Origin: Gammaproteobacteria bacterium | GTDB taxonomy: Bacteria > Pseudomonadota > Gammaproteobacteria > Ga0077536 | Assembly: GCA_963662545.2 (NCBI GenBank) | Contig: CAXXLL010000002.1 | Span: 992,001 to 1,056,000 of the forward strand | Length of the DNA: 64,000 nucleotides | Reading direction: 5' to 3' | In this document: piece by piece, positions 49,000 to 58,100 of the stretch | Position numbering within the stretch: the stretch's first letter is position 1 | Layout: the number at the start of each line of letters is the position of its first letter | Position numbers and translations under genes: made by a program | Notes under the pieces: model-generated | Told to the model about the DNA's origin: nothing | What the model saw: the letters and a program-made list of their open reading frames with translations, nothing else | The model's database searches: none

Positions 49000-49593
49000 T
49001 TACAGCGCTACCGCCGTATAGGTCGCCGTACCGGTGTAAAGGCCGGATTGCGGCGGCGTCGCCGGATTATCGTAGGTGTATGTCCATACGCTGCTGCGAT
49101 CGACAACGCCCGTCGAGGTCACCGCTACGGCCGAGGTGTTGTTGCTGCTGTCGGACAGAGTCGGAGCCGGAATGCCGCCGCCGCCGGTGTCAGCGGAATT
49201 GATCTGCGCCCAACTAATGGTGCTCGTGCCGTTGCTCAAACCCGTTGCGCCGCTCGTGACTTCGGTGATTTGAACGGAACCGCCGTTACCGCGAATTTCA
49301 ACGGTAACTTGACCGGTACCAACGTCACCACCTGTGCCGGCCATACCGAGCGTTGGTGCCAACACATCGGCGACCGACGGTGCAAACGAGATCGTATCGA
49401 CGATTCCAGCCGAACCGACGCGGAATGACAGGAAGGCCGGAATCGTTATCTGGAAATCCAGATCGACGTTCGCACCTGCACCGCCTGGTAGAGCAGCAGC
49501 ACCGGTTACAATCTGCGTATCAGCCAGCGAACCCTGCGCGTAAGCTAACGAAGCAACGATGGCAGCGCTAACTAATGTCTTATTGAGTTTCAT
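49000..49593 (-). CDS. Major pilin-like exported protein
   Basis: Sec signal; mature part rich in Gly/Thr/Ala/Ser and Cys-free; C-terminal SGLYTGTATYTA; first gene after the sigma-54 promoter. Confidence 0.78.
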   Translation of the reverse strand: MKLNKTLVSAAIVASLAYAQGSLADTQIVTGAAALPGGAGANVDLDFQITIPAFLSFRVGSAGIVDTISFAPSVADVLAPTLGMAGTGGDVGTGQVTVEIRGNGGSVQITEVTSGATGLSNGTSTISWAQINSADTGGGGIPAPTLSDSSNNTSAVAVTSTGVVDRSSVWTYTYDNPATPPQSGLYTGTATYTAVAL

Positions 49594-49654
49594 CACGTTT
49601 CTCCCGCAATTGCGAATTTAAAAAATTGGATTAAAAATTTTGTTGCCAGAGATA

Positions 49655-49672
49655 TTGCAAGCGGTGTGCCAA
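49655..49672 (-). promoter_or_regulatory. sigma-54 (-24/-12) promoter
   Basis: Minus strand TTGGCACACCGCTTGCAA matches TGGCAC-N5-TTGC. Confidence 0.82.
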
Positions 49673-49691
49673 TCTGGAACCGCGGATTATT

Positions 49692-49864
49692 TGTGCGGCA
49701 CGTCACAAGCCGCCGGCAGTGGTTTGTGATCGGTTTCACATGCGGGGGACGCTTACGTGACGGGCGTCACAAGCTCACTTTCTCTGCTGTCGCTCAGGAA
49801 CGACAGATCTTTGGAAACTGGAAATACTGCCTTTGAACCGGTTAATTTCGTGACCCCCTTCACA
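49692..49864. promoter_or_regulatory. Four TGTGA-N6-TCACA-type boxes
   Basis: 49692-49707 TGTGC-N6-TCACA; 49725-49740 TGTGA-N6-TCACA; 49756-49771 and 49849-49864 CGTGA-N6-TCACA. Confidence 0.75.
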
Positions 49865-49926
49865 AAAACCGGGGGTACCGTAGAATGTAGGTATAGTAAT
49901 CACGATGCCTGCCGATACGGCTAAAC

Positions 49927-50265
49927 ATGATGGTTTTCAGGGGTTTATCGAAGTTGCAAGCGCGCCGCACCCAATGTGTTGGGGTGTTGCTGATCTCGTT
50001 GGGTCTAATGACGGCGTTTACCGTGTCGGCTGATGATTCAATCGGGGTCGGCGGCAACCGCAGTGCCGCGGCTCAGCTAGGTTTCAAAATTCTGATCCCG
50101 CAGGAGCTTAGCGCTGTCTTTCAAACCGGCAGTGATTCGAGGCCTGTCGTCTTCTCGTCCGGTGGACAGGTGAGTTTTACTGTAGATACCTATCGGTCGT
50201 CCGAAGATAGGGGCGCTTCAAATCTCGCGACCCCTCTCAATATTGCGACCGTCGCCGTTCCCTGA
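49927..50265 (+). CDS. Short pilin-like exported protein, divergent from the pilin operon
   Basis: Signal peptide; AQLGFKILIPQEL resembles VDLDFQITIPAFL and SSGGQVSFT resembles GNGGSVQIT of the major subunit; ends TVAVP. Confidence 0.65.
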   Translation: MMVFRGLSKLQARRTQCVGVLLISLGLMTAFTVSADDSIGVGGNRSAAAQLGFKILIPQELSAVFQTGSDSRPVVFSSGGQVSFTVDTYRSSEDRGASNLATPLNIATVAVP

Positions 50266-50270
50266 AGCAC

Positions 50271-50435
50271 CTAGTGCACCGTCCCGCGAAAAACTTCCAT
50301 AATTCGCTGGTCTTTTTCGTCCCCGGCGGCGTTGCTCGTCCTTGCGTAGAGCCCGCTACGCGGCGTCCTCGCGCCTTGCCAGGAACGAAAAATCCGGTGC
50401 GACTTACGCAACTTTTTCGCGGGACGGCACACTAG
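50271..50435. repeat. 165-bp CTAG-flanked palindromic element, diverged copy 3
   Basis: Same length and conserved blocks (CATAATTCGCTGGTC, GCGGCGTTGCTCGTC, CCTCGCGCCTTGC, GCGACTTA) with compensated stems. Confidence 0.82.
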
Positions 50436-50865
50436 GTCAATTTGGGGAAATGACGCCCGCCTCCAATAAGTTTGCAAGGCCGTCTTCGATAGGCAGCGGC
50501 ATCGCCCCAGTCGACTAGCCCGCCTTCGTGCAATAGGCCGGCTACAGCAACGGGTTTTCGACCGGGTGCGTCAACGCCGTAATTTTCACCACTAACAAGT
50601 CCGTCGTGTCACTGCCGCACTGCATCGTGATGGGGTTGCTGGATTTGGCCACCCTGGGTCTAGTTGCGCAGCGTTAGCTGCGCACTACCTGACGCGCCCG
50701 CCACTATCCGCTCACAACATGTGCTCGCCTGCAGTTTCGTTCCGTCTCTCGGGCGGTTGTGGCGAAGGCTTTGCTGACCCAAATCGGTCCCCCACACGAT
50801 GGGGTTTTCGCACGATGTATCATTGACGTCTACTCGGTTGTAGGTGTGGTTTCGGGGGTGGCATT

Positions 50866-52032
50866 ATGCTGACGGCGACGAAAGATCAGAACTTGGTGAC
50901 GACGATCACGGGTTCATTACCGAGGCCCCATTGGTACGCGGAGAATCTCGCGGGCCGCTCCATTTCGAATGCGTATCTTGGAGACTTCAAGTTCCACGAG
51001 CAGTACCGCGACGCGGTCTCGTGCTGTATCGCCGATCAACGGTGCGCGGGCCTCGATATATTCACCGACGGAGACATGCGCTTCGACATGGACCTCGGCG
51101 GGCGCGCCTGGTTCGGCTACGTGTTTGACCGGATGTCCGGCATCGAGGACAGCGCGCTGCGCTCGCTGCCGTTCGGCGGTTCGCCGCGCGAGGCACAAGC
51201 GGGCGACATCTTTAATGAAATCATGGCGACGCGTCTACCGCCGCGGGTTACGGGCCCGGTGGGGCCGGGCCGACTCGAATACGATTTGGTCTGGAAGATT
51301 GCTCAGGGACTGTCTTCCCGCCCGGTCAAATTCGGCGCGTGTTCAGCACAGCTCGTCGATATGTTGGTCGTCAACGAGTTTTACAAGGATCGGGCCGAAA
51401 CGATCATGGCGCTTTCGGCCGCGAAGAACGAGGCCTACCACGCGCTTGCGGATGCCGGATGCCCGGTGATTCAGGTCGAAGAACCCTGCTTTCATTTCGT
51501 CGAGGACGTCGAATGGGACGTATCGCCGGAGGTGTACGTGGATGCTTTCAATGTCGAAGTCGCGGGCCTGCGCGATAAGGCCGAAGTGTGGTGCCACACC
51601 TGCTGGGGCAACCCGTATGCCCAGAACCTGGGCTACGGGGCGAAATATAAACCCGTGCTGCAATATCTCGACCAACTTGACGTCGACGTGATCACCTTCG
51701 AAATGAAGTACGCCGACTATCTCGAGCTCAAGGAGGTGGCGGCGGCCATCGGCAAGGACAAGAAGATAGCGATAGGCGTCATCTCGCACCGCGCCCTGCA
51801 GGTCGAGACGCCGGAAGAAGTTGCCGATGACATTCGTAGAGCGCTCGAGCTCATCGACGCGGGGCGCTTGATCCTGAGCAGCGATTGCGGTTTCGGCCGC
51901 CAGGGGATCAGCCGCAAGCATGCGTTCTACAAGATGGTCTCACTGGTTCGCGGCGCGAACATCGTGCGCCGCGAACTCGGTCTGGACGAAGTCTCCGTGC
52001 TGGCGGAACAAGCCAATCTGTCCTACTTGTAG
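50866..52032 (+). CDS. Cobalamin-independent methionine synthase II (MetE C-terminal-like) family protein
   Basis: TGSLPRP, GLDI.TDG, IQVEEP, HTCWGN and SSDCGFG zinc ligands. Confidence 0.88.
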   Translation: MLTATKDQNLVTTITGSLPRPHWYAENLAGRSISNAYLGDFKFHEQYRDAVSCCIADQRCAGLDIFTDGDMRFDMDLGGRAWFGYVFDRMSGIEDSALRSLPFGGSPREAQAGDIFNEIMATRLPPRVTGPVGPGRLEYDLVWKIAQGLSSRPVKFGACSAQLVDMLVVNEFYKDRAETIMALSAAKNEAYHALADAGCPVIQVEEPCFHFVEDVEWDVSPEVYVDAFNVEVAGLRDKAEVWCHTCWGNPYAQNLGYGAKYKPVLQYLDQLDVDVITFEMKYADYLELKEVAAAIGKDKKIAIGVISHRALQVETPEEVADDIRRALELIDAGRLILSSDCGFGRQGISRKHAFYKMVSLVRGANIVRRELGLDEVSVLAEQANLSYL

Positions 52033-52196
52033 TGGTCAGGCTTATACGCGCGGTAAATAGAAAATAGATTAGCCATTATATTGCGAAGGCGCTTTCCGCC
52101 TTGGTTTGCCCGAATTCAAATTAGTAATCTGTCCGCGCATTATCCGCAATTATTCGAGCGATGATAATGACCAAGATCAGCGATAATCCGATCATC

Positions 52197-53498
52197 TCAG
52201 AGCGCGCTCTGGCGCCCATCAAATGTACGACGCCCGCAATCGGCAACGATGAGCAACTCCGTCAATGCGTGATAAGACCGTGCCTGCAAACCCGTGATAC
52301 TGAGGATTTTTTGCAACCGCGAATAGATCGTATTGGGGTGCACCGACAGCCTCTGCGCGGCTTTCAATACATTCATATCCGCGTTCGCGTATGCGCGTAA
52401 GGTCGCGACCAGAGAGCCGCCAAGCTTGTCATCAGCCAGAAAGAACTCATGCGTCCAAGCTGGCAGTACTCGCTGCAATTCATCGCCTGCTAAATGTAAC
52501 ATCAGACGCCGCGCCGGTACTTCGGAGATATGTACGACCCGGTGAGTTACCTCGGCGAGTTCGAGGGCGAGCAGTGCCTCTCTATAGGCCGTCGGAATCT
52601 GCGAAGTTGATGGCACGTCATTGCTGAGGCCGATTAAGACCGCGTTGCCGACCATCGATAGCCCGGACCTTACCCGTCTGCCGAGCGCTGTGTGCGGCGC
52701 CGTCCAACCGGACAGTCGGCAGGTATCGGAAAATACGATGGCGACCTTGTCGTGACGCAAATCGATGAGGCGACGCGACGGTGATCTCTGCAAAATCTTA
52801 TCGATTGAATCGACCAATCGACGTGCGCGATCAAGATTGATCATTTCTGAAGGATCTACGGGCTGCACCATTGCCACACAAAACGACTGATGTTTGTCGA
52901 GATAGCCGGCGTCGCGTAATACCTTCGCCACGCGCCCGTCCGACTCATCGTAGCCATCGAGCAAAATGGTGAGCAATTCCGCGCGCTGGTCCCCAGCGAC
53001 ATCGGCGAGCAAACGCGTTTGGGACAAATAGGCGCCCGCAGCGATCGAAGTGATCGCATCGGTATATTCGACCGTGAAATCCAAAGTAGCAGCGGCAAGT
53101 TGCTGCGCTTCTTCCGGGGACGATACCGACGCCAGTATCGCCTCACGGACCCAGCGCGAAAAGACCTTGTGACTGCAGCGGTACGCGTGCAGCGTCGCCT
53201 CCAATGAAAAACGGTGCTCAGCGCGCCGCCGGGCGTGCTCGCGCACGAAATCGAAGGTATCTACAGGACCGCCGCCAAGCAAATGTAGCATTTCACTCGT
53301 ATGCCGAGCGAGATCAGGCACGTCGTCGGGGTTCCTGGATTCAGAGAATGCCGGTATCGCGGCTAGGATTGCTTCGCTTTGTTCGGCATTGATGGCCGCG
53401 GAATTATCAGCTAGATGCCTGACGGCGACCGGCAGGAGTGGGTTGCGGCTGAGCTTCCGCAGTGCTTCATTGAGGGCCTTGGTATGATAATCGGACAT
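52197..53498 (-). CDS. PucR/CdaR-family transcriptional regulator
   Basis: C-terminal LVATLRAY...DMNV.KAA.RL.VHPNTI.SRL.KI HTH; start approximate. Confidence 0.88.
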   Translation of the reverse strand: MSDYHTKALNEALRKLSRNPLLPVAVRHLADNSAAINAEQSEAILAAIPAFSESRNPDDVPDLARHTSEMLHLLGGGPVDTFDFVREHARRRAEHRFSLEATLHAYRCSHKVFSRWVREAILASVSSPEEAQQLAAATLDFTVEYTDAITSIAAGAYLSQTRLLADVAGDQRAELLTILLDGYDESDGRVAKVLRDAGYLDKHQSFCVAMVQPVDPSEMINLDRARRLVDSIDKILQRSPSRRLIDLRHDKVAIVFSDTCRLSGWTAPHTALGRRVRSGLSMVGNAVLIGLSNDVPSTSQIPTAYREALLALELAEVTHRVVHISEVPARRLMLHLAGDELQRVLPAWTHEFFLADDKLGGSLVATLRAYANADMNVLKAAQRLSVHPNTIYSRLQKILSITGLQARSYHALTELLIVADCGRRTFDGRQSAL

Positions 53499-53696
53499 TG
53501 GCCTCATTGTGCACTTTACACATTTAGCAGTGCTATTTATCAGCACTTTACCCACTGTCAGGGGGTTCTGCTGATGATAGTCTCTAGTTTTATCAGCCTA
53601 TGCAACTGTAAGGCGTCATGCCGCAGTAGCCGGAAGGCTGCGTTTCAACAGCCGGGCCGACAGTCATTCCAACTCGTTAAATCGGAGATCCGAAAA

Positions 53697-54011
53697 ATGT
53701 CGAAATATCTATTTGTGTATCACGGCGGCAGCGTTCCAGAAACGAAGGAAGATCAAGCAAAAGTAATGGACGCCTGGGGGCAGTGGTTTGGATCGCTGGG
53801 TAGTGCCGTTGTCGATGGTGGCAATCCGGTCGGCAAGTCATCGACAGTGCAGAGCAACGGTTCGGTTGTTGATAACGGGGGTTCCAATCCTGTCAGTGGC
53901 TTTAGCTTAATCGAAGCTTCGGATGTCGATGACGCGGTTACAAAAGCGCAAGGGTGCCCTATTCTTGGCGCGGGCGGTTCGGTCGAACTTGCGGAAGCGT
54001 TTGATATGTAG
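53697..54011 (+). CDS. YciI/DGPF-like small protein
   Basis: MSKYLFVYHGG...W..WF..LG..VVDGGNP...SGFSLIEA.D.D.A...A.GCP. Confidence 0.8.
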   Translation: MSKYLFVYHGGSVPETKEDQAKVMDAWGQWFGSLGSAVVDGGNPVGKSSTVQSNGSVVDNGGSNPVSGFSLIEASDVDDAVTKAQGCPILGAGGSVELAEAFDM

Positions 54012-54016
54012 GTGAG

Positions 54017-54068
54017 GGGGTCAGGTCGTTCATTGCCGCAACCATACGGCAATGAACGACCTGACCCC
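54017..54068. repeat. Perfect 22-bp hairpin (GGGGTCAG-ended REP-like element; possible terminator between convergent genes)
   Basis: GGGGTCAGGTCGTTCATTGCCG-N8-CGGCAATGAACGACCTGACCCC. Confidence 0.8.
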
Positions 54069-54088
54069 AAAGATCCGGACTTGCCCGA

Positions 54089-56002
54089 CTATTGCGGGTC
54101 GAGCAGGTAGCTGTCGCCCTCGCGCATATTTTCTTTGAGCCACGTAGCGGCGCCGGCTTCGGTCGGTTGCAGCATCGGTACCTCGCCTCTTGTGGCTGTG
54201 ATCTTGGCGCGAAGCTTTGCAGTGGCGATCTCGTCCAGCTGGAAGGTCTCCGGATCCATTACGACGCCGTAGTTGTCCCGAGCCGTCTTGAAGCTGATGA
54301 TCTCGTCGCGCACGTGTTCACACACTTTTTCCGCCGGGCGAGCTAGCGGGTCACCGTAACCGCCCCCGCCCGAAGAGACACCCACCCAGACCTCACCGGG
54401 CTCGATTTTCATGTAGCCCTTGCTCGAGCAGTAATCGCGGTGCCCGGCTTCCAGATTTTCGCGGTAGTTGCCGCCGCCGATGCCGGGCGTGCCCCCGAAC
54501 AAACCAAAGGGCGGGTTCGACGCGCCGTCGCCCGTCACATGGCAATCCATGGGCGTGCCATAAGGCCGCACGACGATATTGATGCCGGCACCCCCCATGG
54601 TGTTGCCATGACCCATGGAATCGGTCTCGATTTCATGCTTATCGATCATGAGCGGGTAGAGCAGTTCGCTCATCTCGGTGCTCAGGATCTTGAGGCCGCC
54701 GAGACCAGACGAAAGCATGATCAAGGGCCAGCCGTCGGCATTTTTCGAAGCGCCGCCGCCGGAGCCCCCGTTGAAGAACATCGCAGCCCAGTCCACCGGT
54801 TCGTCGCCGCGCTCGTCGACGCCCGAGATTGAAGGGACGCAGTGGAATCCGCCGTAACCCGCGGACGATCGTTCCGGAACTGCCTGCGCCAGCGCTTTCC
54901 ACACCACCTCCTGTTCCTGAGCGGCAGGACACAGCGTCGCCATGGCGGTTGCCGCCGGGTATTTGGCTTTAACGATCGAGCCTTCCGGGGCGTCGCAACT
55001 GATATGTCTCAAGCAGCCTTCGTTATGCGGAATGTTGGGATCGATGGCGCACAGCACCGGGATTCCGGCCGAGGCCTCCATCACGCCCTGCGTGCCGTTG
55101 GTGCCGCCCGCGCCCTGGGGCGAGCTGCCCGCAAAATCGACGTGGATATGATCGCCTTCGACTTTGACTTCGGCGCACACCTTGAGGTTGGTGTTGCCCA
55201 TGCCGTCGGAGTCGATCCACGATTCCGCGAAATAGCTGCCGTCGGGTATGTTGTGGATCTCTTCGCTGGTGCGCCGGTCGGCGTAGTCGAGAATCGCGTC
55301 GATGTAATGGGTCAGCTCTTCGGGACCGTATTCATCGACGAGTTCCACCATCCGCCGCTTGCCGGTCCAGATGGAGCCGAGCTGCGCCATCAGATCGCCG
55401 TACAGCAGGTCGCGATAACGCACGTTGGCGAGATACATGTTGATCACATCGGTACGCGGCTCGCCTTTTTCGTAGAACTTGATCGGCGGCAGTTGCAGCG
55501 CTTCCTGCCACACGTTCTTGGCGCTCGGCGCGACGCTGGTTGCCTCGTAGGCGCCGCAGTCGAGCTGGTGCCCCTTGGTCACGGCCCAGAACAGGTGTTC
55601 GCCCTTGTAGAACACGGGGCAGGCGGTGACGAAATCGCCGACGTGGGTGTTACCGCTGTAGGGGTCGTTGCTGACGATGACGTCGCCGTCGTAGACCTTG
55701 CCCTCGAAGGCATTGACCATGGAGTGCAGAATCACGTGCAGCGAATTGGTATGGATAGGCAGTGCATCCATCATGCACACCTGTCGCGCCTTGGCGTCGT
55801 AGATGGCACAGGAGAAGTCGCGCGCCAGCGCCAGGATCGACGTCCATGCCGTGTACTCCAAGGTCAAGGTCATCTCCCTCGCAATGGTATTGAAGCGGTT
55901 CAAAATCACGGAAAACGTGATCGGGTCGATGTTTTCATCGGCCAACAGCGGGATCTTGTCGTGCTGGGAATCGAAATCCTTAACCGGTTGTACAGTACTC
56001 AT
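54089..56002 (-). CDS. Hydantoinase B/oxoprolinase family protein
   Basis: DPITF.V, DFSCAIYD, NDPY.GNTH..D, H..D.G and GGGGYGDP motifs. Confidence 0.92.
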   Translation of the reverse strand: MSTVQPVKDFDSQHDKIPLLADENIDPITFSVILNRFNTIAREMTLTLEYTAWTSILALARDFSCAIYDAKARQVCMMDALPIHTNSLHVILHSMVNAFEGKVYDGDVIVSNDPYSGNTHVGDFVTACPVFYKGEHLFWAVTKGHQLDCGAYEATSVAPSAKNVWQEALQLPPIKFYEKGEPRTDVINMYLANVRYRDLLYGDLMAQLGSIWTGKRRMVELVDEYGPEELTHYIDAILDYADRRTSEEIHNIPDGSYFAESWIDSDGMGNTNLKVCAEVKVEGDHIHVDFAGSSPQGAGGTNGTQGVMEASAGIPVLCAIDPNIPHNEGCLRHISCDAPEGSIVKAKYPAATAMATLCPAAQEQEVVWKALAQAVPERSSAGYGGFHCVPSISGVDERGDEPVDWAAMFFNGGSGGGASKNADGWPLIMLSSGLGGLKILSTEMSELLYPLMIDKHEIETDSMGHGNTMGGAGINIVVRPYGTPMDCHVTGDGASNPPFGLFGGTPGIGGGNYRENLEAGHRDYCSSKGYMKIEPGEVWVGVSSGGGGYGDPLARPAEKVCEHVRDEIISFKTARDNYGVVMDPETFQLDEIATAKLRAKITATRGEVPMLQPTEAGAATWLKENMREGDSYLLDPQ

Positions 56003-56036
56003 CAGGAATCCTCCTGTTTACTCTCTACGCCCCATT

Positions 56037-58100
56037 TCAGAGCTCTAGGACGAAATCACCGTACTCATTCACTTCAAGCTTCTGGCCCGGAAAGACCACG
56101 ATGGTCGTGTTCTGCTGCTCCACGACGGCGGGACCGGTGATCATCATACCGCGATTGAGCCGATCTCCGTCGTAAATTTTGGTGTCGCGATAGTCGTCGA
56201 TATCGCCGAAATAGACCCGACGCGTCCCTTTCTGGACCTTGGTGACGGGTTCGCCGGTCTCCGGCAGCTCGGGAGTTTGTGGCGACTGCACGGCCCGGTG
56301 CGCGATCACGCGCCAGTGGAAGAAGTCGACCGAACTCTCGCGCACGCTGTAACTGAACATGCGTTCGTGCAGATCGTGGAACGCCTCGGCCATTTCATCG
56401 ATATGCGCCTCGGTCAACGGCCCGTCGGCCTTGAGCGGCACCGTCAGCTCGTGGATCTGCGCCGGATACTTGGCATCCGCGAAGCGCGTGAGGGTTACCT
56501 CGCCCTCGGGAAAACCCTCCTCGATCATATCGTCGAGCGCCTTGCGTTCCAGATCGGCGATGACTTTGTTGGTGCCTTCCAGATCGAAGCGCTCGGTGTT
56601 GGTCGCAAAGGCCTGCATGTAATCATGACGTACGTCGCTGACGATCATGCCGACGGAGCAGAACACGCCACTGTAGCGCGGAATAATCGCAGTTTTCATG
56701 CCGAGCGTGCGGCCGAGCATGCCGGCGTGGATAGCGCCCGCCCCGCCCCCGACCACGAGCGAGTAATGTCGTGGATCGATCCCGCGCTCGATCGAGACCA
56801 CGCGGATCGCGTCCACCATGTTGTTGTTGATGATCCGGAATATGCCGTGCGCCGCTTCGGGCACCGTCAAACCGAGCGGCTTTGCAATAAGGTTCTCAAT
56901 CGCACGTTCGGAGAGCTCAACATTAATCTCGCGCCGCCCGCCGAGAAAATAATCCGGATTGATATAACCCAGGACGACGTTCGCATCGGTGCATGTGGGA
57001 TCGGTGCCGCCCTGAGCGTAACACACCGGTCCCGGTTCGGCGCCCGCGCTCTGCGGACCGACCTGCAGTGCGCCGCCCTTGTCAATCCAGGCGATGCTGC
57101 CGCCGCCGGCCCCTACGGAATGCACGTCGACTGCGGCGACGCCGACCGGCAAGTCGTGCACGCGAAGCTCGCGCGTCAAAGTCGGCGTGCCGTCGGTCAC
57201 CATCGAGACATCGAAACTGGTACCGCCCATGTCGATCGTGATCACATTCTCCATCCCGACTCGCTGGGAACAATGGAGCCCGGCTATGGGTGCCGCCGCC
57301 GGACCGGAGGCCAGCGTGTAAATCGGCCGATGCAGAATCTTGTTGACCGTCGAGCTGCCGCCATTGAGCTGCATGATCAAGAGCGGATGACGAAAACCGT
57401 TACCGTGCAGGAACTCTTCGAGTTCCACCATGTAGCGTGCAATGCCCGGGATCACGTAGGCGCTCAACACCGCGCAGGTCGTGCGCTCCCATTCGCGGAT
57501 CATCGGCAGCACATCGGAACTCAACACCACCGGCACGCCCGGCAGTTTCTCTTCGATGATCGCTTTAACGCGCCGCTCGTGAGCGGCGTTCATGATCGAC
57601 CACAAAAAGGCGACTGCCACCGATTCGACACCAGCATTTTTGAGCTTCGCGGCGGCGGCATGCACCGAATCTTCCTCGAGCGGTGCTACGACCTCACCGG
57701 TGTAGTTCACGCGCTCCTTGATCGGAATGCGCAGGTAGCGTGGAATGAAATCTTCCGGCGGTTGCAGTTGGATGTTGTAGCGGTCGGGTTTGAAGCCATC
57801 GCGAAAGTGAATGACGTCGCGGAATCCCTCGGTGCATAACAGTGCGGTCTTAGGTCCGTTGCGCTGAATGACTGTGTTGGTGGCAATGGTCGAACCGTGG
57901 ACGAACAAATCGAGGCGATCGAGGAATTTGTCGAGGCTCATTTCAGCCTGTTCGGCCAGAGCGCGAATCCCTCGCTGAATCGCTTCAGTGGGGTTTTTAG
58001 GGGTCGTCGCCTCTTTCCACAGCGCAATGTGGCCATCTTTGTCGAGTAGGGAGAAATCGGTGAAGGTGCCGCCGATATCGACACCCAGAACGTAGTGCAT
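56037..58100 (-). CDS. Hydantoinase A/oxoprolinase family protein
   Basis: GVDIGGTFTD, HGSTIATN, SGPAA, DMGGTSFD, GAGGGS and SAGAEPGP motifs. Confidence 0.93.
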   Translation of the reverse strand: MHYVLGVDIGGTFTDFSLLDKDGHIALWKEATTPKNPTEAIQRGIRALAEQAEMSLDKFLDRLDLFVHGSTIATNTVIQRNGPKTALLCTEGFRDVIHFRDGFKPDRYNIQLQPPEDFIPRYLRIPIKERVNYTGEVVAPLEEDSVHAAAAKLKNAGVESVAVAFLWSIMNAAHERRVKAIIEEKLPGVPVVLSSDVLPMIREWERTTCAVLSAYVIPGIARYMVELEEFLHGNGFRHPLLIMQLNGGSSTVNKILHRPIYTLASGPAAAPIAGLHCSQRVGMENVITIDMGGTSFDVSMVTDGTPTLTRELRVHDLPVGVAAVDVHSVGAGGGSIAWIDKGGALQVGPQSAGAEPGPVCYAQGGTDPTCTDANVVLGYINPDYFLGGRREINVELSERAIENLIAKPLGLTVPEAAHGIFRIINNNMVDAIRVVSIERGIDPRHYSLVVGGGAGAIHAGMLGRTLGMKTAIIPRYSGVFCSVGMIVSDVRHDYMQAFATNTERFDLEGTNKVIADLERKALDDMIEEGFPEGEVTLTRFADAKYPAQIHELTVPLKADGPLTEAHIDEMAEAFHDLHERMFSYSVRESSVDFFHWRVIAHRAVQSPQTPELPETGEPVTKVQKGTRRVYFGDIDDYRDTKIYDGDRLNRGMMITGPAVVEQQNTTIVVFPGQKLEVNEYGDFVLEL

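Noticed and set aside
50440-50865. Cobalamin or SAM riboswitch before the MetE-like gene
   Set aside because: No B12-box or SAM consensus recognisable by eye; a covariance-model scan would be needed
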